Assembly: GCA_013815505.1 (NCBI GenBank) | Contig: JACDGA010000001.1 | Span: forward strand, 1 to 25,637 | Origin: Acidimicrobiia bacterium | Lineage (GTDB): Bacteria > Actinomycetota > Acidimicrobiia > Acidimicrobiales > Ilumatobacteraceae | DNA: 25,637 bases | Reading direction: 5' to 3' | In this document: positions 15,300 through 24,086 of the stretch, one piece after another | How positions within the stretch are numbered: position 1 is the first letter of the stretch | Layout of the letters: each line of letters opens with the position of its first letter | The notes under the pieces: generated by a model | Told to the model about the DNA's origin: nothing | Database searches by the model: none | What the model saw: only the letters and a program-made list of their open reading frames with translations | Translations under genes and position numbers: made by a program

Positions 15300-15848
15300 A
15301 TGGGTGCAGGAGCCAACGTCCGGCCGCGGCTGCTCGTGGCCTCGTTGCTGATCGCTGCCGTGGTTGGCATCGGCGGCGGCCTCTGGTGGGGCACCCGCTC
15401 CGACGATGACACGGCGGACGCGACGTTGAACGATGCGTCGAGCGTCGGCGAACCGTTGCCCGACGTCGAGCTGCTCGACGTCGACGGCGACCCGGTGTCG
15501 ACGGGCGACCTCGTGGGCCGTCCCCTCGTCGTCAACCTCTGGTACACGGCGTGCGCACCGTGCCGTCGGGAGATGCCGGCGCTCGCCGACGCGGCCCGCC
15601 GGCTCGACGGTGAGGTGCGCTTCGTCGGCATCAACACACAGGACGACGTCGACACAATGGTCGACTTCGCCGACGAGGTGGACGCCGACTACGAGCTGCT
15701 GCGCGACCCCGATTTCACGTTCTTCAACGAGGTTCGTGTGATGGGCTTCCCGACCACGTTCTTCGTCGACTCCGACGGCACGATCGTCGCCCAGACGGGT
15801 GAGGTGGATGCGGATGAGCTGCAGCGCCAGATCGACGCGCTGCGATGA
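15300..15848 (+). CDS. TlpA/ResA-family membrane-anchored thiol-disulfide oxidoreductase
   Basis: N-terminal TM anchor, LVVNLWYTACAPCRREMP, GFPTTFFVD. Confidence 0.9.
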   Translation: MGAGANVRPRLLVASLLIAAVVGIGGGLWWGTRSDDDTADATLNDASSVGEPLPDVELLDVDGDPVSTGDLVGRPLVVNLWYTACAPCRREMPALADAARRLDGEVRFVGINTQDDVDTMVDFADEVDADYELLRDPDFTFFNEVRVMGFPTTFFVDSDGTIVAQTGEVDADELQRQIDALR

Positions 15849-16783
15849 TCGTCGCCGCCGTCCTCGACAGCGATCAGCTCAGCCTGTCGCTCGTGCGTGG
15901 CATGGTGGCGTCCGTCAACCCGTGCGGCTTCGTGTTGCTGCCGACGTTCCTCCTCTACTTCCTCGGCGCCGGCGGTGGGGACGCCTCGACGGCTGCAGGT
16001 GATCGGGCGGGGATCCGGCGTGCGCTCGTCGTCGGCGGTTCGGTGTCCGCCGGGTTCATGGCGGTGTTCGTCGTCGCCGGACTCGTCATCGACCAGGTCA
16101 GCAACTGGTTCCTCGAGCGGGCGTTCTACGCCACGGCTATCGTCGGTGCCGGTCTCGTCGTGCTCGGCATCGCGATGCTGCTTGGCTTCCGCCTGCCGAT
16201 CAGCACGCCGTCGCTGAGCGTGGCGGCCGAGCGTCGCACGGTGCGCACGATGTTCTTCTACGGCTGTGCGTACGCAGTGGCCTCCATCGGGTGCACGATC
16301 GGCTTGTTCATCCCGACGATGTTCGGCGCCGGCCGGCAGGACGGAGCGCTCGCCGGCATCACGAACGGCCTTGCCTACGGCTTCGGGATGGCCCTCGTCG
16401 TGGTGGCGCTGACCGTGTCGCTCGCGTTTGCCCGCATCGGGATCGTGTCGTGGCTGCGTGCCTCGATGCGCTACGTGGAACGCGTCGCCGCCGTGTTCGT
16501 GGTCGCCTCGGGGCTCTACCTCATCTACTACTTCTGGTTCGTCGATCTCCGCAACGGGTCCGGTGGCGTCACATCGCGAGTCGATCGCGTGAGCTCGTGG
16601 ATCACCGCTCGCGTCGACGAACACTCGACCATCGTCGTCGTCGGGCTCGGTGCCGTCGTGGCGATCGCCGTGCTCATGGTCGCAGCCCGCAGCAGCCGCT
16701 CGGGGGCTCCGCCCGCTGGTGGTGACGTGGTCGACACTACGGTCGCCGGCGGTGCAGAACCGACGACCTCGACTCGGACCTGA
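15845..16783 (+). CDS. ccdA: Cytochrome c biogenesis CcdA/DsbD-like membrane protein
   Basis: VNPCGFVLLP and ASIGCTIG (two TM Cys), LAYGFGM. ATGA overlap with tlpA. Confidence 0.8.
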   Translation: MIVAAVLDSDQLSLSLVRGMVASVNPCGFVLLPTFLLYFLGAGGGDASTAAGDRAGIRRALVVGGSVSAGFMAVFVVAGLVIDQVSNWFLERAFYATAIVGAGLVVLGIAMLLGFRLPISTPSLSVAAERRTVRTMFFYGCAYAVASIGCTIGLFIPTMFGAGRQDGALAGITNGLAYGFGMALVVVALTVSLAFARIGIVSWLRASMRYVERVAAVFVVASGLYLIYYFWFVDLRNGSGGVTSRVDRVSSWITARVDEHSTIVVVGLGAVVAIAVLMVAARSSRSGAPPAGGDVVDTTVAGGAEPTTSTRT

Positions 16784-17555
16784 CGTCCCGATCCAGCCGG
16801 CAGCGACCGTGATCGTCGTTCGCGACGCGCCCGGCGGACTCGAGGTGCTGATGCTGCGGCGCGCCGCCGGCGCGAGCTTCGCCGGCGGTGCCTACGTGTT
16901 CCCCGGCGGTCGCGTCGACCGCGCTGACGCCGGCGACGAGATCGCTGACCACTGCAGCGGACTTGACGATGCGACTGCTTCGGCGACGCTCGGGATCGCA
17001 TCCGGCGGGCTCGCGTACTGGGTTGCGGCCGTGCGTGAATGCCTCGAGGAGGCGGGCGTACTCGTTGGCGCCCGACGTGACGGGTCGCCCGTCTCGCTCG
17101 GCGACGACGTCCGCCGCAAGGTGCACGACGGGTCGATGTCGATGGCCGATGTGTGCCATGCGTACGACGTCGTGATGGCGTTCGACCAGGTGCACTACGT
17201 GTCGCACTGGGTGACGCCGCGAGGCGAGCAGCGGCGCTTCGACACGAGGTTCTTCCTGACGGCGCTGCCCGAGGGACAGGTTGCCGCCCACGACGCGATC
17301 GAGACGGTCGAGACGCACTGGTGCCGACCTGCCGAGATGCTCGAGCGGATGGCAGGGCGCGAACTGCTGCTCCTGCCGCCGACGGTTGCCAACCTCGAAC
17401 GCCTCGCCGCCGACGGCGACGTGGCTTCTGCGCTCGTGTCGGCGGCCGGCGTGGAGCGTCCGGTCCGCATCGAACCACGCCTGCGCCTCGACGAGACCGG
17501 GCGATGGATCGGCATCGCGATGCCCGGCGATCCCGACTACGACGACCTGGACTAG
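16752..17555 (+). CDS. NUDIX hydrolase
   Basis: PAATVIVVRD, AYVFPGGRVD, AAVRECLEEAGV, HWVTP...RRFDTRFF. Start uncertain; GTG 16752 follows TACGGT by 8 nt. Confidence 0.85.
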   Translation: MQNRRPRLGPDVPIQPAATVIVVRDAPGGLEVLMLRRAAGASFAGGAYVFPGGRVDRADAGDEIADHCSGLDDATASATLGIASGGLAYWVAAVRECLEEAGVLVGARRDGSPVSLGDDVRRKVHDGSMSMADVCHAYDVVMAFDQVHYVSHWVTPRGEQRRFDTRFFLTALPEGQVAAHDAIETVETHWCRPAEMLERMAGRELLLLPPTVANLERLAADGDVASALVSAAGVERPVRIEPRLRLDETGRWIGIAMPGDPDYDDLD

Positions 17556-17556
17556 C

Positions 17557-18771
17557 TCAGCCGGGCGCTGTGAGCGCGGAGCCGGCGCGACCGAGGGCGA
17601 TCTCGACGGACTCGAGCATCCGTGCCGAGCACCCGGCCATCGCCGCGTCGTCGAGCACTGCCCGTGGTGGGGCGACGTCCTCGGCGAGCGTCTTCGCCAG
17701 CGTGCGGAACGCCGCACCTGCGGCGGACTCGTGGTCGAGCGCGATCGGCCGTCCCGCGTCGCCGCCGGCGACGATGGCTGGCTCCATCGGGATCTGCGCC
17801 AGCAGCGGGGCGCCGATCGTGTCGGCGAGTGCCTGGCCTCCGCCGCGACCGAACAGCTCGTACGACTCACCGTGGTCGCACGTGAAGGCGGTCATGTTCT
17901 CGACGACGCCGAGCACGGGGAGGAAGCTGCGCCGCGCCATGTCGGCGGCGCGCTGGGCGACCTTCTGCGCCGCGAGCGCCGGCGTCGTGACGACAAGCAT
18001 CTCGGTGCGGGGGAGCAGGCGGGCGAGGCCCATCTGCACGTCGCCGGTGCCCGGCGGCATGTCGATCAGGAGGTAGTCGAGGTCGCCCCACTGCACGTCG
18101 GTGAGGAACTGCTCGACCGCCTTGGTGAGCATCAGTCCACGCCACATGAGCGCGGTCTCCTCGTCGATCATGAAGCCCGTCGAGACGACCTCCAGCACAC
18201 CGTCGCCGACGTGGCGTTTGTTGGGGAGGATCTTCGCCCTGTCGGATCCCTCCGACTTCTCGGCACGCAGGTTGTCGCCGATGCCGAGCAGTCGCGGCAC
18301 CGAGAAGCCCCAGATGTCGGCATCCAGCACGCCGACCCGGAAGCCCTGCGCAGCGAGTGCGGTGGCGAGGTTGACCGTCACGGACGACTTGCCGACGCCG
18401 CCCTTGCCGCTGGCGATGGCGAGAATCCTCGTGCGCGCCGGCACCTCGGTGTCTGGCGCTTGCTGGCGGGCGTTCCACCGTGCCTTCGTCATCACCTCGC
18501 TGCGTTCGTCGGCTGTCATCTCACCCCACGTGATCGACACGTTCCTCACGCCGGGATGGACACCGACGCGTTGTTCGACCTCGCGCTTGATGTCGGCACG
18601 CAGCGGGCACCCGCCGATCGTCAGCTTCACGGTGACCTCGACGTCGCCGTCGTCGCTCACGACCACCTTGGGGACCATGCCGAGCGACACGATGTCGGAG
18701 CCGAGTTCCGGGTCGATGACGCCACCGAGCACGCCCATCACCTCGTCGTGGGAGGGAGCAGGCATCGACAT
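17557..18771 (-). CDS. mrp: Mrp/NBP35 (ApbC) Fe-S carrier ATPase with an N-terminal DUF59/MIP18-like domain
   Basis: VIDPELGSDIVSLGMV, GGCPLR, ASGKGGVGKS, LDADIWGFSVP, WRGLML, DMPPGTGD, GVVENM. Start ATG 18771 lies 7 nt after TAAAAT. Confidence 0.92.
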   Translation of the reverse strand: MSMPAPSHDEVMGVLGGVIDPELGSDIVSLGMVPKVVVSDDGDVEVTVKLTIGGCPLRADIKREVEQRVGVHPGVRNVSITWGEMTADERSEVMTKARWNARQQAPDTEVPARTRILAIASGKGGVGKSSVTVNLATALAAQGFRVGVLDADIWGFSVPRLLGIGDNLRAEKSEGSDRAKILPNKRHVGDGVLEVVSTGFMIDEETALMWRGLMLTKAVEQFLTDVQWGDLDYLLIDMPPGTGDVQMGLARLLPRTEMLVVTTPALAAQKVAQRAADMARRSFLPVLGVVENMTAFTCDHGESYELFGRGGGQALADTIGAPLLAQIPMEPAIVAGGDAGRPIALDHESAAGAAFRTLAKTLAEDVAPPRAVLDDAAMAGCSARMLESVEIALGRAGSALTAPG

Positions 18772-18830
18772 GGCACTCATTTTACCGGCACCCGCCGTGT
18801 TATGTCGTGGAACGGGCTAGCCTGGGCGAT

Positions 18831-19517
18831 GTGGTTGTGACTTCGGCGACATCCGCGGCCCCTGGGGCGCTCGACGTGTTGAAAGCGCTGGCCGACAACA
18901 CTCGGTACGCGATCTACCGGCACCTCGGCGAGTGCCGCCGGCCCGTCACCACGGCCGAGATCGCCGACCATCTCCAGCTCCACCCCAACACCGTACGTCC
19001 GCACCTCGAGCGGATGCGCGACGTGGGGCTCGTCGAGGTCGACATCGACAGTCGCGGCGAGGTCGGCAGGCCTCAGCACCACTATCGGCTCGCCACGTCG
19101 CCGCCGCCGCTCGGGTTCGACCCGCCGGGCGTCACCGAGCTCGCCGACATAGTGCTGGCGATGGCGACACGTCTCGGCGCCTCGCCACTCGACGCGTTCG
19201 CCGCCGGTGTCGACCGCGGCGCGGCACGAGCCGACCGCTACCGCACCGCACCGTCGGCGCTCGAAGCCCTTGTCGACGATCTCGGCACGCTCGGGTTCGA
19301 ACCGGCGGTGGCCGAGGCTGCCGATCACGAGACGGCGGTCGTGTCGTTCGGGGTGTGCCCGTTCGGCGATCACGTGGACGAACACCCCGAGCTGATCTGC
19401 TCGCTCCACCGGGGGATCGTCACGGGACTCGTCGACGAGATGGGCGACGCAAGGGTCGTCGAGTTCTGCGACCGCGGACATCGCACGCCATGTCGCGTTG
19501 CGGTCGGCGAGCGCTAA
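18831..19517 (+). CDS. Winged-HTH transcriptional regulator with Cys-rich C-domain (SufR-like)
   Basis: LKALADNTRYAIY, LHPNTVRPHLERM, GRPQHHY; C-terminal VCPF, LICSLHRG, EFC...PC. Start GTG 18831 lies 7 nt after TAGCCT. Confidence 0.8.
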   Translation: MVVTSATSAAPGALDVLKALADNTRYAIYRHLGECRRPVTTAEIADHLQLHPNTVRPHLERMRDVGLVEVDIDSRGEVGRPQHHYRLATSPPPLGFDPPGVTELADIVLAMATRLGASPLDAFAAGVDRGAARADRYRTAPSALEALVDDLGTLGFEPAVAEAADHETAVVSFGVCPFGDHVDEHPELICSLHRGIVTGLVDEMGDARVVEFCDRGHRTPCRVAVGER

Positions 19518-19550
19518 CGTTCTGGGTAGTCCGGAGAAGGAGAACATGAC

Positions 19551-19880
19551 GTGATCACGCTCACTGACAACGCAGCGGGCAAGGTGCGACAGCTGCTCGC
19601 CGCCGAGGGGTCCGATGACCTCGCGCTCCGTGTCGCCGTACGGCCGGGAGGCTGCAGTGGCTTCTCGTACGAGATGTTCTTCGATTCCGACGTCGGCTCC
19701 GACGACGAACAAGCCACGTTCGGCGACGACTCGACGGTCAAGGTAATTGTGGACGCCGCATCGTCACAGCTGCTGGAGGGTGCCACCCTCGACTACAGCG
19801 AGACACTCGAGCAGTCGGGGTTCCAGATCACGAACCCCAACGCGTCGCGCACCTGCGGCTGCGGCCAGAGCTTCTCCTGA
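19551..19880 (+). CDS. erpA: A-type Fe-S carrier protein (ErpA/IscA/HesB family)
   Basis: LRVAVRPGGCSGFSY, NPNASRTCGCGQSF; SD AGGAG 8 nt before the GTG. Confidence 0.93.
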   Translation: MITLTDNAAGKVRQLLAAEGSDDLALRVAVRPGGCSGFSYEMFFDSDVGSDDEQATFGDDSTVKVIVDAASSQLLEGATLDYSETLEQSGFQITNPNASRTCGCGQSFS

Positions 19881-21466
19881 CCCCGACTCGGGTCTCGTTC
19901 GTCCTCAACGACAACGACGTCTCGGTCGACGCGCTCGGCGCGTCATCACTGCTCGATGCCCTGCGTGAGTCGCTCGGCATCCACTCGGCCAAGGACGGAT
20001 GCAGCCCCCAGGGCCAGTGTGGCTGCTGCACGGTGCTCGTCGACGGCTCGCCCCGTGTCGCCTGTGTGACCCCGCTCGCTCGCGTGGCGGGGCGTCGCGT
20101 CACGACGTTCGAAGGCCTCGACGACGCCGACGGTTGGGCCGATGTGATGTCCGCGACCGGCGCCAGCCAGTGCGGTTTCTGCACCCCGGGCATCATCGTC
20201 CGGGCGGCGTCGCTCGCGCTCGAGCGGCGTCGGGATGCCGCCGCCGTCGATCGGATGTTGCTCGCCCATCTCTGCCGCTGTACCGGCTGGCAGCCGATCA
20301 GGGAGGCCATCGTCGCCGGACCATGGACATCGAACGGCGGACACGCCGGCGTCGGGCGTGACGACGACGCGGCGAGCGTCCGCGCCGAGATGGAAGGCGG
20401 CGTCGGGCAGCACGTGTCGGTCGCGGTGGCGACCGGCGCCGGTGGGTTCTCCGACGATCTCGCGCCCGACGACGCACTCGTGGCACTGCTCGCCGCGGAC
20501 GGGGAGTGGGTGGTCGGTGACTCGCTCGACGACGCCCGGCAACGCTCGGGCAAGGTGCAGGGGCGCAGGTCGACTACCGCGCTGTCGTGGCCGGTCGACG
20601 TGCCTGCCGGATCGTGGGTCCGCACGCTGGAGACCACGTGGGTGGAGCCCGGCTACCTCGAGCCCGACGCGTCGTGGTGCGCGCCGGGTGGTGAGCCGTC
20701 GCCTGCACTCGGCAACGGTGGGGCGTTCGGCGCCAAGGTGGCGAGCGAGGTGACGAGCGTCGCGCGACGTCTCGCCGACGAGCACGGGCGACCGGTGCGA
20801 GCGCTGTACACCCGCGAGGACGTCGTGCGCCGCGGCCCGAAGCGGCCACCACTCGCCATCGCCGTCGATGCCGACGGAGGTGGTGTGCTGCGCATCGCCC
20901 ACTCGGGCGACGAAGACCCCGCTCGTTCCGTCGACGTGGCACGACAGGGCCTGGAGCTCGCAGGCTTCACCTTGGCCTCGTGGCACGTCGAGGTCGTCGA
21001 CGTGGCCGGGCCGCCGACGTCCGTCGCGCTGCGCGCCTCAATCGTCGGTGAGCTGCTCGCCGTCGCAGCATCACTCGACACGGCGCCCGACGTCGTCGCG
21101 CTCACCAGTGGCGCCCGAGCCGTGGCGGAGTTCGACGGCGACGAGCTGGTGATCCACGTGCATGCCGGCGACCCGCTCGACGCCACCGTGTTGCGCAGCT
21201 ACTGCACCGGCGCTGCGCACGCCGCGCTGGGAATGGTGCGATCGGAGGCGGTCGCCCTCGATGACATCGGGCGGCCGGTGGACCTGACGATCCGCTCGTT
21301 CGGCATCCTCCGCGCCCAGGACACGCCGGCGATCCGCATCGAGATCGCCGACGCCGACCGGGGCGGCGAGCCGCTCGCCGTCAGTGATGCCGTGTTCGCC
21401 GCAGCGCTCGCCGCCGCCTGGCGGTCGACCAGCTTCGCACCGCGCTGGCCGGCCCACCGTCGCTGA
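19877..21466 (+). CDS. 2x[2Fe-2S] domain fused to a shortened molybdopterin-binding (xanthine dehydrogenase family) domain; start probably non-canonical
   Basis: KDGCSPQGQCGCC, SQCGFCTPG, HLCRCTG; then YLEPD, NGGAFGAK, PVRALYTREDV, LTIRSFGILRA. The frame is open from inside erpA, but there is no ATG/GTG/TTG before 20033. CTG 19877 overlaps the erpA stop. Confidence 0.75.
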   Translation: MTPTRVSFVLNDNDVSVDALGASSLLDALRESLGIHSAKDGCSPQGQCGCCTVLVDGSPRVACVTPLARVAGRRVTTFEGLDDADGWADVMSATGASQCGFCTPGIIVRAASLALERRRDAAAVDRMLLAHLCRCTGWQPIREAIVAGPWTSNGGHAGVGRDDDAASVRAEMEGGVGQHVSVAVATGAGGFSDDLAPDDALVALLAADGEWVVGDSLDDARQRSGKVQGRRSTTALSWPVDVPAGSWVRTLETTWVEPGYLEPDASWCAPGGEPSPALGNGGAFGAKVASEVTSVARRLADEHGRPVRALYTREDVVRRGPKRPPLAIAVDADGGGVLRIAHSGDEDPARSVDVARQGLELAGFTLASWHVEVVDVAGPPTSVALRASIVGELLAVAASLDTAPDVVALTSGARAVAEFDGDELVIHVHAGDPLDATVLRSYCTGAAHAALGMVRSEAVALDDIGRPVDLTIRSFGILRAQDTPAIRIEIADADRGGEPLAVSDAVFAAALAAAWRSTSFAPRWPAHRR

Positions 21467-21524
21467 CGGCCGCGGTGGCGACCAGACGCCCCGTGGCCCG
21501 TCCTGGCGGATACGTTCGTGTCCG

Positions 21525-21875
21525 ATGAACAAGCCGCTCGGTCCATATTCGCCGTTCGTCCTCGCCGGTGACTTCGTGTTCGTGTCCGGTCAGGTCGGGA
21601 TGCTCGCCGGAGAGCTCGTCGACGGCGGGATCACGGCACAGACGAACCAGGTCATCGCCAACCTCTCGCAGCGGCTCACCGAGGCAGGGCTCTCGCTCGG
21701 CGATGTGGTCAAGACGACGTGCTTTCTCACCGACATGGGCGACTTCGAGGCCTTCAACGAGGCGTACGTCAACGGGTTCGGCGATCATCGACCGGCGCGA
21801 TCGACGTTTGCCGTCGCCGGCCTCCCTGCCGGCGCCATCGTCGAGATCGAGGCCGTCGCCCACCGTTCGTCCTGA
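21525..21875 (+). CDS. ridA: RidA/YjgF family enamine-imine deaminase
   Basis: LGPYSP, FVSGQVG, VVKTTCFL, FNEAY, RPARSTFAVAGLP, VEIEAVA. Confidence 0.92.
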   Translation: MNKPLGPYSPFVLAGDFVFVSGQVGMLAGELVDGGITAQTNQVIANLSQRLTEAGLSLGDVVKTTCFLTDMGDFEAFNEAYVNGFGDHRPARSTFAVAGLPAGAIVEIEAVAHRSS

Positions 21876-21879
21876 TCTC

Positions 21880-22452
21880 GTGCCCGACGTGGAGGTGCAG
21901 CGCTGCGACTGGGCAACGGGCTCGAACGATCGCAACGTCGCCTACCACGACACGGAATGGGGTACACCGCAGCGTGACGCCGGCGTGCTCTTCGAGTTCC
22001 TTGTGCTGGAAGGCGCGCAGGCGGGGCTGTCGTGGACGACGATCCTCGACAAGCGCGAGGGATACCGGGCGGCGTTCGCTGGGTTCGACCCGGTGCAGGT
22101 CGCCGCCTTCGACGATGACGACGTCGCCCGCTGCCTCGCCGATCCCGGCATCGTGCGCAACCGGGCGAAGGTGGCATCGGCCATCTCGAACGCCCGCGCC
22201 TGGCTCGAGCTCGACGATCCAGCGGCGTTCCTGTGGGGCTTCGTCGACGGCGTGCCGGTTGACCGACGCGCCGTCCACGCGAGCGACCTTCCTGCCGAGA
22301 CGGAGATCTCGAAGACGATGAGCAAGGAGCTCAAGCGGCGAGGGTTCCGGTTCGTCGGGCCAACCATCTGCTACGCCTACATGCAGGCGTGCGGTCTCGT
22401 GAACGACCACCTCGTCTCGTGCTTCCGCCACGACCAGGTCACCTCGCGCTGA
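21880..22452 (+). CDS. tag: DNA-3-methyladenine glycosylase I
   Basis: RCDWA, YHDTEWG, LEGAQAGLSWTTILDKR, IVRNRAK, FRFVGPT, GLVNDHLVSC. Confidence 0.96.
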   Translation: MPDVEVQRCDWATGSNDRNVAYHDTEWGTPQRDAGVLFEFLVLEGAQAGLSWTTILDKREGYRAAFAGFDPVQVAAFDDDDVARCLADPGIVRNRAKVASAISNARAWLELDDPAAFLWGFVDGVPVDRRAVHASDLPAETEISKTMSKELKRRGFRFVGPTICYAYMQACGLVNDHLVSCFRHDQVTSR

Positions 22453-22522
22453 CGCGCTCGACGTACCCCACCGGGCCGAGGTCGCACTCGGACCGGACGG
22501 GCCCGCTCGCTACAGTGGCGAC

Positions 22523-22678
22523 ATGGCCGGTGCCGTCCTCATCGTCGTGGCGTTGCTGCTGTTCCCCGTGCTGTTCCTGATGAGCGGCGCACTCGCCGCA
22601 GGGATCTTCGGCGAGTCGCTCGCTCGCGACGGCGCCAAGCGCTACGAGGGCAGCGAGCTCCTCGAGCTCGACGACTGA
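22523..22678 (+). CDS. 51-aa small membrane protein (absent from the ORF track)
   Basis: MAGAVLIVVALLLFPVLFLMSGALAAGIFGESLARDGAKRYEGSELLELDD. GC-rich third positions; ATG 6 nt after TACAGT; fills the intergenic gap. Confidence 0.75.
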   Translation: MAGAVLIVVALLLFPVLFLMSGALAAGIFGESLARDGAKRYEGSELLELDD

Positions 22679-22700
22679 CCGTCTGACGCGAGGCTGTTCG

Positions 22701-24086
22701 TTGCACCGTCACGACGAGGACGCAGAAGGGCTGACCCGCGCCGTCGTCCGCTATGCGATCGACCGGGTGCGGATGCAGTCGCCGCCGCTCGACGGCCCGG
22801 TCTCGCCCGCCGAGCTGCGCCGGCGCGCCGGGGAGACCATCACCGACGACGGCATCGGCGGCGACGAGGCGCTGCGCATCTTCAGCGACGTACTGGCACC
22901 GGCGTGCATCTCGATCGACCACCCTCGCTTCTTGTCGTTCGTGCCGGCGGCACCCACCGAGGCAGCCGTCCTGTTCGACCTCGTGGTCGGGGCGTCCAGC
23001 ATCTACGGGGGGTCGTGGCTCGAAGGCGGTGGGGCGATCTACGCCGAGAACGAAACGCTGGCCTGGATCGCCCGACTTGCCGGCATGCCGAAGTCGACCG
23101 GCGGGGTCTTCGTCAGCGGCGGCACCGCCGGCAATCTCAGCGCGCTGCTCGCCGCGCGACACCAGTGGCGACGCCTCGCCGACGGCAGGCTCGATCGCGC
23201 GCGCGGTTTGATCGTCGCCTCGAAGGGAGCGCACTCGTCGGTCGCGCAGGCGGCGCGGGCGATGGACGCCGACGTGGCACTGTGTGACGCCGACGAACGG
23301 GGCCGCCTCAGCGGCGACGCCGTGCGAGCGCTCGTCGACGGACTCGACGAGGACGACCTCGAGCGGCTGTTCGCCATCGTCGCCACGGCCGGCACGACCA
23401 ATGCCGGCGTCGTCGACGACCTCGCCGGCGCCGCTGATGTCGCCGCCGAGAACGGTGTCTGGTTCCACGTCGACGGCGCGTACGGCGCGGCGGCGCTTGC
23501 CGCGCCGAGCGTGCGTGAGCACTTTGTTGGGATCGAGCGCTCCGACAGCCTGATCCTCGACCCGCACAAATGGCTGTTCGCCCCGTTCGACGCCTGCGCG
23601 CTGCTCTACCGCGATCCCGAGGCCGGACGCGCCGCCCACACGCAGCAGGCGGAGTACCTCGACGTGCTGCATCCTGTCGCCGAACCGGGCCAGGAGCCGG
23701 GTCCGTGGAACGCGTCCGACTTCGCCCATCACCTCACGAGGCGTGCACGTGGGCTGCCGCTGTGGTTCAGCCTGGCGACGCACGGCACGCGTGCGTACGA
23801 GGAGGCGGTGGAGACGACGTTGCGCGTGGTCCGCGAAGGCGCCGACGTGATCCGCGGGGCCGATCACCTCGAGCTCATCATGGAGCCGGAGCTGTCGATC
23901 CTGCTGTTCCGGCGAACGGGCTGGGACGCCGAGCAGTACCAGCAGTGGAGCGATCGCATGCTGGCCGAGCAGATCGCGTTCGTGACGCCGACGAAGTGGG
24001 GAGACGAGACTGTGCTGCGGTTGTGCGTCGTCAATCCGTTGACGACCGTCGACGACATCGAGCTGCTCGTCGAGATGCTGGCGTGA
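22701..24086 (+). CDS. Group II PLP-dependent amino acid decarboxylase
   Basis: HPRFLSFVP, FVSGGTAGNL, TAGTTNAG.VDD, WFHVDGAYG, LDPHKWLF (PLP Lys). TTG start after GAGG. Confidence 0.92.
   Translation: MHRHDEDAEGLTRAVVRYAIDRVRMQSPPLDGPVSPAELRRRAGETITDDGIGGDEALRIFSDVLAPACISIDHPRFLSFVPAAPTEAAVLFDLVVGASSIYGGSWLEGGGAIYAENETLAWIARLAGMPKSTGGVFVSGGTAGNLSALLAARHQWRRLADGRLDRARGLIVASKGAHSSVAQAARAMDADVALCDADERGRLSGDAVRALVDGLDEDDLERLFAIVATAGTTNAGVVDDLAGAADVAAENGVWFHVDGAYGAAALAAPSVREHFVGIERSDSLILDPHKWLFAPFDACALLYRDPEAGRAAHTQQAEYLDVLHPVAEPGQEPGPWNASDFAHHLTRRARGLPLWFSLATHGTRAYEEAVETTLRVVREGADVIRGADHLELIMEPELSILLFRRTGWDAEQYQQWSDRMLAEQIAFVTPTKWGDETVLRLCVVNPLTTVDDIELLVEMLA

Noticed and set aside
17870-17890. 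Mrp has CDHG instead of the CxxC motif
   Set aside because: Single-Cys variants are familiar among actinobacterial Mrp proteins, so it is not distinctive alone.
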